Source of the DNA: a virus
Lineage: Duplodnaviria > Caudoviricetes
IMG/VR virus record: IMGVR_UViG_3300021197_001333
Location: 1 to 62,780 of that record
Reading direction: 5' to 3' (one strand)
Length of the DNA stretch: 62,780 nt
The position numbers were made by a program, and so were the translations under genes. The notes below the pieces were generated by a model. It saw only the letters and a program-made list of their open reading frames with translations, did no database searches and had not been told where the DNA came from. Positions 11,401 through 19,700 of this stretch are shown piece after piece. Numbering within the stretch: the first letter of the stretch is position 1; each line of letters starts with the position of its first letter.

Positions 11401-11525
11401 AGTGAGGAGTATAGTAATCCTACATTTTCTTCAGTAGAAAATTGCGCTTGGAACTCTTCAAAAGACTTGGTATAGTCTCCACTTTCAAAGAGACTATTAT
11501 ATAATAATTCAGTTTTATCTTCCAT
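2469..11525 (-). CDS. giant polyvalent virion/ejection protein (3018 aa) with zincin metallopeptidase, kinase-like and ART-like modules
   Basis: HEVFH...EERLAE zincin motif (7890-7904); GSSRIVY..VIKVAK..LVDEG kinase-like block; TPAFKKWFGDSKVVDENGEPKVVYHGT..GFFFS block typical of ART domains in phage polyvalent proteins; last gene of the structural arm. Confidence 0.7.
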   Translation of the reverse strand: MEDKTELLYNSLFESGDYTKSFEEFQAQFSTEENVGLLYSSLNKSGLYTKTPEEFSEQFFPNLGLKKKDEPMESTLEDGSLDSSEEAPEPLLQSIQQGLVTDDAGPFERASTQAPLTDARGQQWDGVPFDAEAQKIKEDKRKVEDAALAERDAMEEKAKDLELIFTTSQRRKAREKNEDAMAQAMRAREMRDSQRWNEDGTHSTVKFMSYEQDGVHKVAPTLFPRSTVQRSSPRAEDWLELGMDEAIAEAERRNEVFTFDSQEEAEAFAKGSWKTVNTLDLEAQKYYNEYGRDYLSDRQVYDKYLKAKETRMFLEEELAIQKNTLFGDEGQYDDLTPKEQEAYKMYFREDGSLRGDAQEIIDTLDEEEAKLWKTIDSENYMEVQDNFDTYLEKKHRASAQQAANVNYEAKTIEKGLNNLVLNEFGVTLDQLNTYQPANEAQEIRLNEIVEIQNSLERKKELAAFQYETALTYFDAKANKDIGVEFVDNLEGFSVAFMDGYRSGQAGNVILNSAMGLYGEEAEDMNRAAEEMTDYLNGVDGRQSRAMSRFNSAEEGFSREVRSALRRDPAEVILTWAGASLAQILPYGMKLIPSFVATGAAAGGGVGSIVPGIGTAAGLISGGMYGLRAGYATTNLVLEYTNGILDAGRELGYNMNNAEEAGEALQDDKVWERGRERGLKRGIPIALMDFLMTGLAGKVFKPVAVASKAKKVGAFAAEAVALDAPFEATGELLAQLNVGDEISVKEIIAEAGGSIGMATPFAAMNIYKSTRGNYNQRIAENLMNMKLMASERASDTQIQSWSNRMLKLGKISAEQNQRILENLGLRKEAQEILDITGPSRLGINKKVQTRLMELLDIRAGLDATTNSRSIFSEELAAVNKEIAEIGRTNELSESPVESINFDFGKIGKRTTVPSYRIGNTMYSKTEFLNYIENISLRKATKLLKDSEVVNDEETSILLEEKLQPFAPEEAIQTTEDAIQESSTTEVDVQEQATDGEGVGEGDVITETTEEITPEDEVTETEDVEEETIEVVDKGTKEDVKAFREGTLEAKRKKALLAGIAQRINDKKKLTKFQEEVSKDNDFEIAELQGQLIEQEKLMSEARDLEESLGTDTSVKKSTPTKIEGNISINKKGKFTFTPQGKVRRNKVVVAARKAAKAIKKILPKTRILLHESNEEFLKAVGRAGRAEYLPTENVIHVNLSSATESTMAHEVFHAVFLNSVKTDARAAKAAEKMMLSVRKSLKKNSALAKKIDAFAAKYTGDQAQFQNEERLAELIGILASSKDYKQLSKPAKNAIIEFFKDLALRFGIELGTDFGKTDESVIDLMNTIARKTREGREIEEADVESLNEILPKDLTPEEYIKKQTEGRQQKVISDVLDVNELEVVSKGGSSRIVYMHPDGKNVIKVAKTPKGLEQNIALGFGDVNYLGSFVPELEEQGLDYIIIENVPRNDTEVNKFLKPLKEFTPQDFKNKTAELQDAMRELELEGFMDYNILWNDFTATRNWGMRENGEFVLVDEGALDDSIHNTSEVKDWSKEEWGEVLSRRRENKKKPAPRQQKVPSNLTSEQQDLVNTPAFKKWFGDSKVVDENGEPKVVYHGTSQDFDVFDKKKLGQLTNTPISKLGFFFSNSKSGADQYAFISGLQNPQAKDKLTEGRAFFLNMENPYQATKQQWDDLINWSTNNTTKYSSPSDLRKANKEFKAQLLKEGHDGIIFDDGFEIVTFEPNQIKLADGTNTEFDPSKPSIRQQKDDRIAVTSRKARLYGMNDQGFFPPNIHMERVRRMFGPMGYDVLKSKTNKSGGGGGVYLKYNGVKFTPLAYGRRQQKEEVMPPSPEDSMIEVITRGRAEGYSEASIREVLKSRGHSVKDIKRVMAATVDSFSDVRVPFEFGNIVGGMPAGIRLFQQIQSEIDTFKAPTVKRTGVRMTPFERAARLNELREANPTLSEISDTALLRRFPRRGVQAETVVTEKTPAEVREKALQILRDNPVYQEQSEQVQMELVIAMDRALGITANRSVAKEIAAIRNSITQRNRKGRELQAIKRELRNLIRTHIPTSKDYSQAAINRLVRATAAVTEDNYRVQVEKVLQVIEKQRENMRAKVLKKLLTDVTRGARKTITDTKKNRVGSLDIQGQSFAEVFKKALTLAMASEKQQEKAMEEFRLLAEELETDEGIVALAKSASGETLTSKEERLVNIAVALDLVKNLPSMSLEEVQNLANDYAVAASMSRQELSATRKRRALETDALRQKVTDALRISNPELFHEDGTLIKDLNERRALLDAVREYWVEGKGKGLSARLKGQVKAAKAYWEIFDWKDGPQMVKSMFDSLKHLGTFMNSLNDTLYEEVFNRLNRMDNNSLKGYFTQQDFLRSLGYEAVLEQLFDTEMYKVEGIKSTVSGKKRNESFSKDQLLRLYALSLNPVQNRKLEAMGFTRVKMIKIEEYLGKDVTGFADKVVAYLSNEYYEGVNDVYRDVNDVNLNYVENYFPTMTTQADVNPKQLFDGDFNGIFNAESAPALRNRNDMTSDINLKGASFTSALESHVKTMEHYKAYAADTKKLNAIFNTNSVDGVLTVLGMKKMVKQSVNNAVNPDSGKNALNSSGKIFNALQTKFTSYALAFRLVQIGKQMTSFINAFENYTFRKSGKQNVLVDIIPFLMDYAAVMAQPRKYLKMATEMSPTFRYRLAQGVKGDLAGLESGSPTLTALENRQTRWAMFSRGFKKSAAAPTIVGDIMGVMGYMANYRRNIKNGMSEEKAVEAFNEYNQTQQTRRPSERAILQQNSNFIVRGFTMFGSTPILYINNVMQASTNILRSIKKGGIKSVNQKDVRRLALNLGAANAAFVAMSNLGLLLRGDDEERKEAMRQIRNAMLGLNLVYMTPFVGSTVKGIENYMTGNRRPADMGVNPFVSLFNKWKKAAKDDKEMEAMLQTVIEIGIGAQLAPFIALIETAGNLDEAGIEEIYDMIGYSESYREKAAKEGYEKPTRAYQRELDAKAKKKARQEANPAYIRDKEKAAEQREKERNKYRYNK
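8444..8602 (-). CDS. candidate overprinted small basic protein (MPFKSQAQRRWMY..., 52 aa) nested in another frame of the giant gene
   Basis: ATG at 8602 with A-rich upstream sequence. The MPFKSxAQRRWM..P..AKEWEKET pattern resembles small stand-alone phage proteins (recalled, not searched). It overlaps an acidic linker of the host frame. Confidence 0.5.
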   Translation of the reverse strand: MPFKSQAQRRWMYKNKPQMAKEWEKETSSQKLPKRLRPKTKLQRRRMLRKKP

Positions 11526-11534
11526 ATCTAAATT

Positions 11535-13613
11535 TTACTCTCCTAAGTTATCTAGTGAACCACTACCTGTTGTTGTTGTCGCCGTGTTTATTTCTCTCTC
11601 AGTCAAAGGCTGAGGACCGTCCCCATTATTCCACTCTATTCCTAGTACCTTGTCTGCCATCTCTTTGTTATTGTAGTATTCAAAGTCTGTAAAAACATCT
11701 TTAAAATCATTCGGATTAAGTAAAGTTCCGTTTCTTACAGCAGTAAGAATTAAGCGGTTAATAGCTTCAAATTCTACCTTGGTGTTGTTATCAGGAATTA
11801 CGATAGGCATAGTCATGATACCGGGTATGAAGAGCTGAGTGGCTGAGTTGTCATTAAAATCCGTTGCTCTCGAACCTGAAATGTATTTTTGAATATCATC
11901 TTCTTCTAGTGTCTTTATCTCGGCATTCTCAATACCAACTGTAGAAAAGAACTCAAGCTCCGCGTTAGAGTACGCTTTAGCGTTCTTGCCCGTTTCGAAT
12001 GCTTCACTGTGAACGTCAGATACTAACCTTGGATAGTCACTTTCATCATTGGGAAGTGGGTCGTCAAAATTAGGTATCTGTGTAATACTACGTGTCCGGC
12101 TCTCTCCTGATGCTCCTGTGAAACTTGTCATCGTTCTTCCATCCTCTCGTATACCTGAATTAGCAAGAGCTTTCTCTACGTCAATAGCATTAGGTACAAG
12201 GGTAGATACAATACTCGTAACAAACTGTTCTACACTATCGCCTTTTTCAAACGCCTCTAGTGCAGTAATGTTTCCCTTGTTATCTTTCATCTCAACCATA
12301 ACATCTTGAGGAGAGGCAGGGTCTACGTATATCCTACTTACAGAAGGGTTAAGTCCTTGTAAGAATCCAAGAGCGGCATTGAATTGGTCTTCAGTACCAT
12401 AGTATAAATCAGCTATGTTAGTTACAGCCTGCTCTGTTTTCTTAAGTGCTTGACCTCGCTCTACTCTTTGTTTCTCATTGTTATACTCTGCTGTAGTAGT
12501 TTCTTTTCTGTCTAACATACTTGTAAGAGAAGTCTTTACTGCTGTCTTAGCTGCGTCTACCTGCTTGGTATTGTTTTCAACAATCTGTTTTACTTGCTCC
12601 TCAGTAAGGTCTTCAAAGTTTTCATTAAGATACTCGGTAAGCTGCTCAGGACTATCTAAGTATGCAGGCATCGGTAGACCTGCAGACTGTTGGAGAGGAT
12701 TGTCCATAATAAGGATTAAGTTCTCATCTAATGCTGCATCTGCAGGGTTGTCCGTAAAGGCATAACGCTCTCCTGTGTTAGGATTTGTGCCTAAGCTGTT
12801 AGTAAGGATAGAGCTAACGTTAGTAGGTATGGCTACAGTTGAATCAGCAAAATCATCTAATACTTCGACTACATTCTCATTTCTTAAAGCATCTTCTACA
12901 GTCTTTACACCACCACTCATAACCGCATCAACAGTAGTTCCTAAAGTATCTACTCTTGCAGCGTTAACTTTATTCAAATCGTATATATCGTACTGCGCTC
13001 GTGTACGGTTACGCAAAGCGTTTACGGCAATAAAACTTCCGGTATCCCTATTCATCGTTACATTACCCTCCTTATCTGTCTGTGTAGTTGCAAGACTTAC
13101 TTTTCCCGTAGTAGGGTTAATCCATAAACGATGGTCAGAGTAATTCCCAAACCCTTGTACTGTACCTAATACATACTGCTCTAAAAGTTGAGAGGAAGGG
13201 AGTCCTGTTTCAGGGTTAATCTCTCCACGTTCTAACATCCCCTTGTATGCTTTATTGTAATCTTCGGCAATAGAAAACGCCTCAGCTGTTCCTTGCTTTA
13301 AGTTGGCTTGAATGTTATTATACTCTCTCAGTTTCATATCTCCTGATTTAAGCATATTATTTACCATCAAAGAATACTCTTGAGCACTATCCGCATAGTC
13401 AGTAGTAAACTCATTAAAGCCTTGACTTTCTCCCATAGGAGAGTCAGCTAGGGTTTTGCTAAAGTCTCTAAAGTCGGTCTCTATAGCAGCTTTTTTCTCT
13501 TCACGTACTCGTGCTTCATCGGCAAGCATATCCGTCATATCCTTCCCTACATCAGCCCAATTTATCCTGTTCTCGGCGTTACGTTCTGCGTATTTAAAAT
13601 AAGTATTAGCCAT
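11535..13613 (-). CDS. putative internal virion/ejection protein
   Basis: 692 aa, helical and acidic; lies between the tail genes and the giant protein. Confidence 0.55.
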   Translation of the reverse strand: MANTYFKYAERNAENRINWADVGKDMTDMLADEARVREEKKAAIETDFRDFSKTLADSPMGESQGFNEFTTDYADSAQEYSLMVNNMLKSGDMKLREYNNIQANLKQGTAEAFSIAEDYNKAYKGMLERGEINPETGLPSSQLLEQYVLGTVQGFGNYSDHRLWINPTTGKVSLATTQTDKEGNVTMNRDTGSFIAVNALRNRTRAQYDIYDLNKVNAARVDTLGTTVDAVMSGGVKTVEDALRNENVVEVLDDFADSTVAIPTNVSSILTNSLGTNPNTGERYAFTDNPADAALDENLILIMDNPLQQSAGLPMPAYLDSPEQLTEYLNENFEDLTEEQVKQIVENNTKQVDAAKTAVKTSLTSMLDRKETTTAEYNNEKQRVERGQALKKTEQAVTNIADLYYGTEDQFNAALGFLQGLNPSVSRIYVDPASPQDVMVEMKDNKGNITALEAFEKGDSVEQFVTSIVSTLVPNAIDVEKALANSGIREDGRTMTSFTGASGESRTRSITQIPNFDDPLPNDESDYPRLVSDVHSEAFETGKNAKAYSNAELEFFSTVGIENAEIKTLEEDDIQKYISGSRATDFNDNSATQLFIPGIMTMPIVIPDNNTKVEFEAINRLILTAVRNGTLLNPNDFKDVFTDFEYYNNKEMADKVLGIEWNNGDGPQPLTEREINTATTTTGSGSLDNLGE

Positions 13614-13616
13614 GGT

Positions 13617-14453
13617 TTATTCTGCTTGGTCTAGTAATCTTTGATATTCTAATAATGAGTTTGGAGAAAAGAGAGCGTTTTGATACTGTTGGTTACTTTT
13701 TATTTGTCCTAATTGAGAAGCAGTAAGACCCTTTTCAAACTGTCGGAATTGTTTATTACTCATATCACCTACACTTGCAAAATCCATATTTGTAAATCCT
13801 TCACTACCTGCTGCGCCCATACCAACTTTTGCATTTCCAAAAGAGGCAAATTCTTCAGGAGAAAACTCCATACCCGCCATAGCTCCTTTTCTAGCCTTTG
13901 CAGATTTCCCCGCATATAGAGGAGCCATTGCTACTCCTTGTTGAGCCATACTACTCAATCCTGCTACGACATCTTGCCCTGCCATAGCTGCATTGTCAGC
14001 TTCGGCTGCAGCAGCCATCTGTGCCCCTTCTATCTCTCCCATATCTAGCTGAGTATTGATATCTCTTAAACGACTGTCCTCATCAAGTATACGCTGCTCT
14101 CTCGCTTGCAATTCTTTACCGTAAGCTACACGCTCCGCTTCTAGCATTTGGTTTTGTGCTCCTTGAATCCTCCCTACTTGCGCTGCTCCCCTTTGAGTTT
14201 CTTTTGCCGCTTGAGTAGCGTTAGCCCCTTGTTGTAAAGAAGCCTCTATAGCCATAGTATATGGGTCTTTATTTATAGACGATGCCTCTTGATAGTTTAC
14301 ATCAAGACGCTTACGAGCTTTAGCCATAGCTTCTCGCGCCGCTGTTTCAGCTTTACCTTGTGCTGTTTTAGCTTTATTCTGCTGACTCATAGAGATACCT
14401 GTAGTAGTAGCTGTAATACCTAAAGAGACAATGCCTGTTATTAGTCCTGACAT
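13617..14453 (-). CDS. putative DNA ejection/pilot protein
   Basis: Hydrophobic Gly/Thr N-terminus followed by an Ala/Gln/Met-rich coiled coil, as in podophage ejection proteins. Confidence 0.55.
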   Translation of the reverse strand: MSGLITGIVSLGITATTTGISMSQQNKAKTAQGKAETAAREAMAKARKRLDVNYQEASSINKDPYTMAIEASLQQGANATQAAKETQRGAAQVGRIQGAQNQMLEAERVAYGKELQAREQRILDEDSRLRDINTQLDMGEIEGAQMAAAAEADNAAMAGQDVVAGLSSMAQQGVAMAPLYAGKSAKARKGAMAGMEFSPEEFASFGNAKVGMGAAGSEGFTNMDFASVGDMSNKQFRQFEKGLTASQLGQIKSNQQYQNALFSPNSLLEYQRLLDQAE

Positions 14454-14980
14454 AGTAAAAATTTATTTAATATTATATGTTCGGGTAAATCCCGATAGTT
14501 GGTGGTATATACCTCGTTCTCTGCCTCTTCAATAGTTGTGGCATCAGTGCGGTATACACATGTCCAAGTGCAATCTTCATGCATATAAGCCACCCTCTGA
14601 GTGCCTATCTCTGTCATGACTTTCATTGGAGCTTTAATTCTTTTTACCTCTCCTGTATCTAAGAGGATAGACATCTCTCCTGACATAAAAAAAGAAGGAT
14701 GATTTTGTTTGTGTATAAAACTTACAACCAAAGACCCTTTAGGCATAAATACCTCGCGAGTATACAGACCATTATCTAAATGATGAGTTAAAGGAAAAGA
14801 CTCCTCCATCTCTTGAGTGTGATGAAGAGCAGCACCTTCCATAGAAGATATTTGTTGAGAGAACAAATCTATCTCCTCCCATATTAATCCCCTATTTTGG
14901 TGCACATGAGAAAGTAAATCCACAGGAGAAGTGCTGAGGAGATGCTTAAAGTCAATAGCAGGAGAAAGGACGGTACTCAT
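14441..14980 (-). CDS. cupin-like protein
   Basis: THH..NGLYTREVFMPKG....IHKQNH...SGE..KAP...R..Y.HED pattern. Confidence 0.55.
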   Translation of the reverse strand: MSTVLSPAIDFKHLLSTSPVDLLSHVHQNRGLIWEEIDLFSQQISSMEGAALHHTQEMEESFPLTHHLDNGLYTREVFMPKGSLVVSFIHKQNHPSFFMSGEMSILLDTGEVKRIKAPMKVMTEIGTQRVAYMHEDCTWTCVYRTDATTIEEAENEVYTTNYRDLPEHIILNKFLLCQD

Positions 14981-15000
14981 AGATTCAAAGATACGGTGTT

Positions 15001-15828
15001 TTAAGGATAAGATTTCATGACCTCAGACTTAACAGCAAAGAGCTCTACAGGTCCTGTATTTGTGTTAGTAAGAGTAAAGACTCCGTAGTGTCCAAGGATA
15101 CCATGAGACTCGGCTACAAGGTTCTTAGTAGACATAACATAATTTATATTAACGCTAGGTGCAATACCTCCTGCACTACCGTTTCGCAGTACTACTATAG
15201 TGTTCGTACCCAAAGGTATATCAACATTGATAGATGTAATTTCTCCTAAGTAAACAGGGTTAATAACAGCCGCAGGAACACCATAGTAGATGCTATCTCC
15301 TATACTAGGTATACTTCCAATAGGTAAAGTTAAAGGGAAAGTAAAAGTAGTTACTTCCCCTACATTAGTTGCCGTAAGACAATTTCCAATACCATTAGCA
15401 GAGCGTAGAGGAAACTCTTGTGCAGCCTCAAGTGCAGTGTCAATATTTGCTGCGCCTTGGTTTCTCAAGAAAGCAAACCAATTGGATTCTTTTTCCACAA
15501 AGTACTCTTCATTAATAAATCCTGTTGTCTGCAGCTCACTAATAAATGTAGCTCCCCACGCATCATCTCCCTCTAAAGAGATAGTTTTAAAAAGTTTATT
15601 CGTTACAGGCTCTTGGTTAAAAACACTTTGTACAGTAGAGTTGTATTGCTCATCGTAGTAATTGTTCCTTGTCTCATTAGTATTATGACGCCATAAATTA
15701 CCACCTGAAAAAGAATAGAAGTATTGATTCATACCTTGCATCCAATCAGGGACATAAGAATAGAACGATGGCCATCCCTCTGCAGGAGGACTAAAGCTTA
15801 AAGTATACGTGGTTTTAGTTGCTGACAT
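15001..15828 (-). CDS. tail nozzle/stabilisation protein, C-terminal-like part
   Basis: GWPSFYSY.PD...YSF..G.LWRH...FN..P...KLFKTISLEG..W...KE..WF and ELFAV terminal motif. Confidence 0.55.
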   Translation of the reverse strand: MSATKTTYTLSFSPPAEGWPSFYSYVPDWMQGMNQYFYSFSGGNLWRHNTNETRNNYYDEQYNSTVQSVFNQEPVTNKLFKTISLEGDDAWGATFISELQTTGFINEEYFVEKESNWFAFLRNQGAANIDTALEAAQEFPLRSANGIGNCLTATNVGEVTTFTFPLTLPIGSIPSIGDSIYYGVPAAVINPVYLGEITSINVDIPLGTNTIVVLRNGSAGGIAPSVNINYVMSTKNLVAESHGILGHYGVFTLTNTNTGPVELFAVKSEVMKSYP

Positions 15829-15837
15829 AAGGTTTTA

Positions 15838-16764
15838 TTATGGATTACATTCGGTAACAGTTGTAATTACTCCGTTTGCATTTACCGTGATTAAATATTG
15901 GTCGCCTACTTTATTTTCAAGAACATAATCTCCTGCCGCTTTTCTAGTTTCAGCATATGCATCTCCAAAAGCCCAATCATTAACTGCAGGAACAGAATTT
16001 GTTCCGCTAACTAAACCTATATATATAGTATTATCTAAAGGAGCTGTGGTAGAGCAACCGCCCGCAGGGTCTACATCTGTACAACTTTTACCATCAAGAG
16101 ACTTAGGACATCCTACAGTTAAATTCCAACTAGGGGTAGATTGAGGAGCAATAACTTGAGCTACTTGCACCTCAAGGGTTAAGGGACTGCTGAAAGGTTT
16201 AGGGATATAAGCAATACAATTGTCAGGACTTTGACCTGAGGTAGCAGAAACTTCTGTAACTAATATATTAATAGGACTGTCATTGCTAGTAAATGCTCCG
16301 TCATAATAATCCTTCTCAGTAGTTAATACATTCAGAGGAAGAGTAGGGGTTGTAGTAGAATTACCCATATACGTTATCCCGTTAGATTGAGTAGTGGTAT
16401 GGTATCCATCTACTTCCGAACTAAACTCATTAAAGACAGCGCTATTATAAATTACACGTATACCTTGAACTTTAAGCTTAGGGTCAAAAGTCACCTTTAT
16501 TGCTCCCGTTGTGGTTCCTACCTCTACAGGAATAGAATATAACCCAAAGCTTGCAAGACCGTCAATTACGGTTGAGCCACATAGGGTAGCACATGAAGGG
16601 CATTGAGCTCTAGGAAGAAGGGTACAGTTATCTAACTCACGCACGACAGACCCTTGACTATACCACCCATCAGGAGCGCAGGTAGTCATCGCAGCATCAG
16701 TAAAAATTCCTGTTGCTGTTGCTAGGTTAGGACCGTTTAAAAAATAATTTCCAATAGTTGCCAT
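15838..16764 (-). CDS. structural protein, Cys/Thr-rich beta domains
   Basis: 308 aa within the tail cluster; APDGWYS and Cys-pair motifs. Confidence 0.5.
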   Translation of the reverse strand: MATIGNYFLNGPNLATATGIFTDAAMTTCAPDGWYSQGSVVRELDNCTLLPRAQCPSCATLCGSTVIDGLASFGLYSIPVEVGTTTGAIKVTFDPKLKVQGIRVIYNSAVFNEFSSEVDGYHTTTQSNGITYMGNSTTTPTLPLNVLTTEKDYYDGAFTSNDSPINILVTEVSATSGQSPDNCIAYIPKPFSSPLTLEVQVAQVIAPQSTPSWNLTVGCPKSLDGKSCTDVDPAGGCSTTAPLDNTIYIGLVSGTNSVPAVNDWAFGDAYAETRKAAGDYVLENKVGDQYLITVNANGVITTVTECNP

Positions 16765-16773
16765 AAGGTATAA

Positions 16774-19700
16774 TTAAGTGCAGTCACACGCTGTTATAGT
16801 AAAATTAATATCTTCACTTTTCCCGGAAACAATAATTATATTTCCTTCAGCACATAAGGTAGTGCTTTTGTTTCCTCCAAGAGTAATATTTGTTCTTGCC
16901 CCTCCACAAGGAACATAGGATAAAAGTGCTTGAGAAGAATTGGTGTTGTCTACCAACCACTGTGTACATTCTGTAGCTGTATCGCACGAACAGACACAAC
17001 ATGCATCGTCTAGTGAACCTGTAGCTTTAGGACTAAAACATAAAGAAGCTTCTTTTGCAGAAGCATAGTTCCAAACAAGATAAAGATAGTCATTATTAGC
17101 TAATGTAGGTAAAGTAAAGCTTTGTGAGAAAATAGGTGTAGCTCCTGCAGGAGTAAGACTCGTAGCAGCAGTAAGTATAGCTGCTATACCTGTTGGAGTA
17201 TTAGGATGTAAAGTATTATCCCTTAGGTATAAAAACCTATCTGAAGAAACATCTACATCGTAATCATCAGTAGATTGCTTATCAGAAATCATAAATACTG
17301 TAGCTCCATCTGCAGGGATAATTCCCGCACCTTGAGGTCCGGATATTTCAGTATACTGAGAAACGACCTGAGGGTCATTAGAAGTTAAAAACGGTATTTG
17401 ATTCGAATGAGTAGGAGAAGTAAACGCTCCATCTACCCAACGATATTGATTATGAATTGTTTTACCTTCATCAGCATTATTAGTTAAAGTAATTAAAATA
17501 ATGTTAATGGTATCTGATGCCGGACATCCGACTAAAAAGTTTACCGAAGCAGTATCACCTGATGTAGGAACGGAGAATACAATATCTAACTGCTCTACTG
17601 AAACTACATCTTTATCAATAGTTACACTACCTGCGGCTGTAAAAGGTCCGTGAGAAGTTGTAGTGCCGTTATAGGTAGTAGTAAAAGAAAAACTTCCTCC
17701 CACACTTAGAATAGGTATAGGCCAAGAGATTGTTACCTCACCTACTGTAGCTCCAAGGTTATAACATGCACTTAATCCTTTATTATCTATAAAATACATT
17801 TTATTTATCCCACATGAGATACATGAAGGTTGTTCAGGTATAGTAGTAAGGTTATTTCCAAGGACATACTCGTTCATATATGGGTCATAGCCACCTAATT
17901 TTTGAGTATTAAAGTTTTCTATAAACAAGTCTCTAAACCAACCTCTCATACCTGCTTGGGATACTACTACAAGAGATTCTGAAGGACCGCTTCCCGTTAG
18001 TTGTATAACAGCTCCTCTTTTTGCATCAGTAAAGTATTTAGATGGTCCCCATTGAGCAAAACTCTCAGGGTTATTACTGATACCAAACTCTTCTATTCTA
18101 GCTATCTGAGTACCTAAAATTTCAGGTATAGAAGCTACTACCCCCCCTCCTGTGGAGTCTGAGATAAGGTTCTTACTTGCAAGGACATACGATATCTTAT
18201 CTTCCTGAAGGACTAATATATTGGTATCTTGAGCGAACATCTTTTCGATAGGACCGAAAGATTCCTCTAAAGGTTTATAGTTAGCAAGGCCAAGGTTAAA
18301 CTCGTTTAATTTATTTAAGTTAAACTCATTGTTAAAGACCCCACTATATGTCATATCAGCAAATCGGTCTGCTCTTTTAAAATCTTGAGCAGCTACTGTA
18401 GTAACTCTATTCCCAAGAGCGAGAGCTCGACCTGAAATAGAATCACGAATCTTATAGCTCTCTACTCCGTTTCCAAAAGCAAAACAATTAAAGAAAGCTG
18501 TATTTATTATCGCAGGTAAAGAAGCTGTTTGAGTCTGTACATTTCCTGAATGATATCCTGAGGCGTCAATAGAATACGATTCAGACGACTCATACCACAC
18601 ATCAGGTAAAGCATCTACAGGTTCAGTTTCAAAGACGATAGTATTCTGTGCTCTTAATACATTTATAGTAGCTTTAATACAAGCCTTTTTCTTGTCACTA
18701 CTTCCGCACGCTCTAGTTCCTGTTATTGCTAATCGTATTTCATTACTAGTTGGATTCAAATACCACCTAAAGTAGTTAGTACATAAATTAGGGTCAAGAC
18801 CATAAAAATTATTTACAGAAGCGGTTGTCGGACTTACAAATACATTATCAATCTCACATCCGTCTCCTCCTACCTCTTGACTTCCGTCATTAAGAGTTTC
18901 CCCTATATTGTCCCCATTCCACCAATCAATTATATTACTATATGTTTCACTAGAGGTATATGTTTCATCAAATGTATATATCCTTCTTTCACAAGCATTG
19001 TTTCCATCTCCGGTTCCTTTTCTAGAAAATTCGAACCTAAGACGGATACGGCTACCTGAGGGTATGTTGTAAATAGGATACACATCTCCATCAGGAGCAG
19101 AAATTTCGGGGTCTAATAAAGCAGAAAAGTTATAAGCCCTAAAAACATATTCGTCGGATTCATCTTTGCAATAATTTAACGTTCCGGGATTTAAAGATGC
19201 AGCATCGCTTAAAGAGCTGTTAAAATCTGAACTCCTAATCTGAATATATACTCCTTGAGGAACAGAAATAGTTTGACCTGTAGAATCTTCAGGTGTAATA
19301 AACCCTGCTTGTTGAGCTTTTTTCTCAAGTACAGTAACGTAAGTGCATGAATTTAAAGGTCCATCAACATCTCTTTTAACAATAAGCCTATCTCCCTCTT
19401 CTACTTTTGCTGCATTCTCTCCTTGAAGTAAAAAGTAATCGGTTGCGGTTACTGTATCATAGAAAAATATACTTGTATATACAGTATTGTATGACGCTTC
19501 ATCAGGTTTAATAACAAATTTATACCGCTTGGCAAAATCAGGAGCTAACTGTGTAGTTGGTATAGTAACCTTTATTTGATTCTTATCAGCAGATTTACTA
19601 CACCCCACATGGATAGTGTTTAATGGGCTTACTAGAGCTGTAGTGGCACGATTGAACTCATCCATATACACCATACCTATTTCGTATCCGCGGTTGCTAT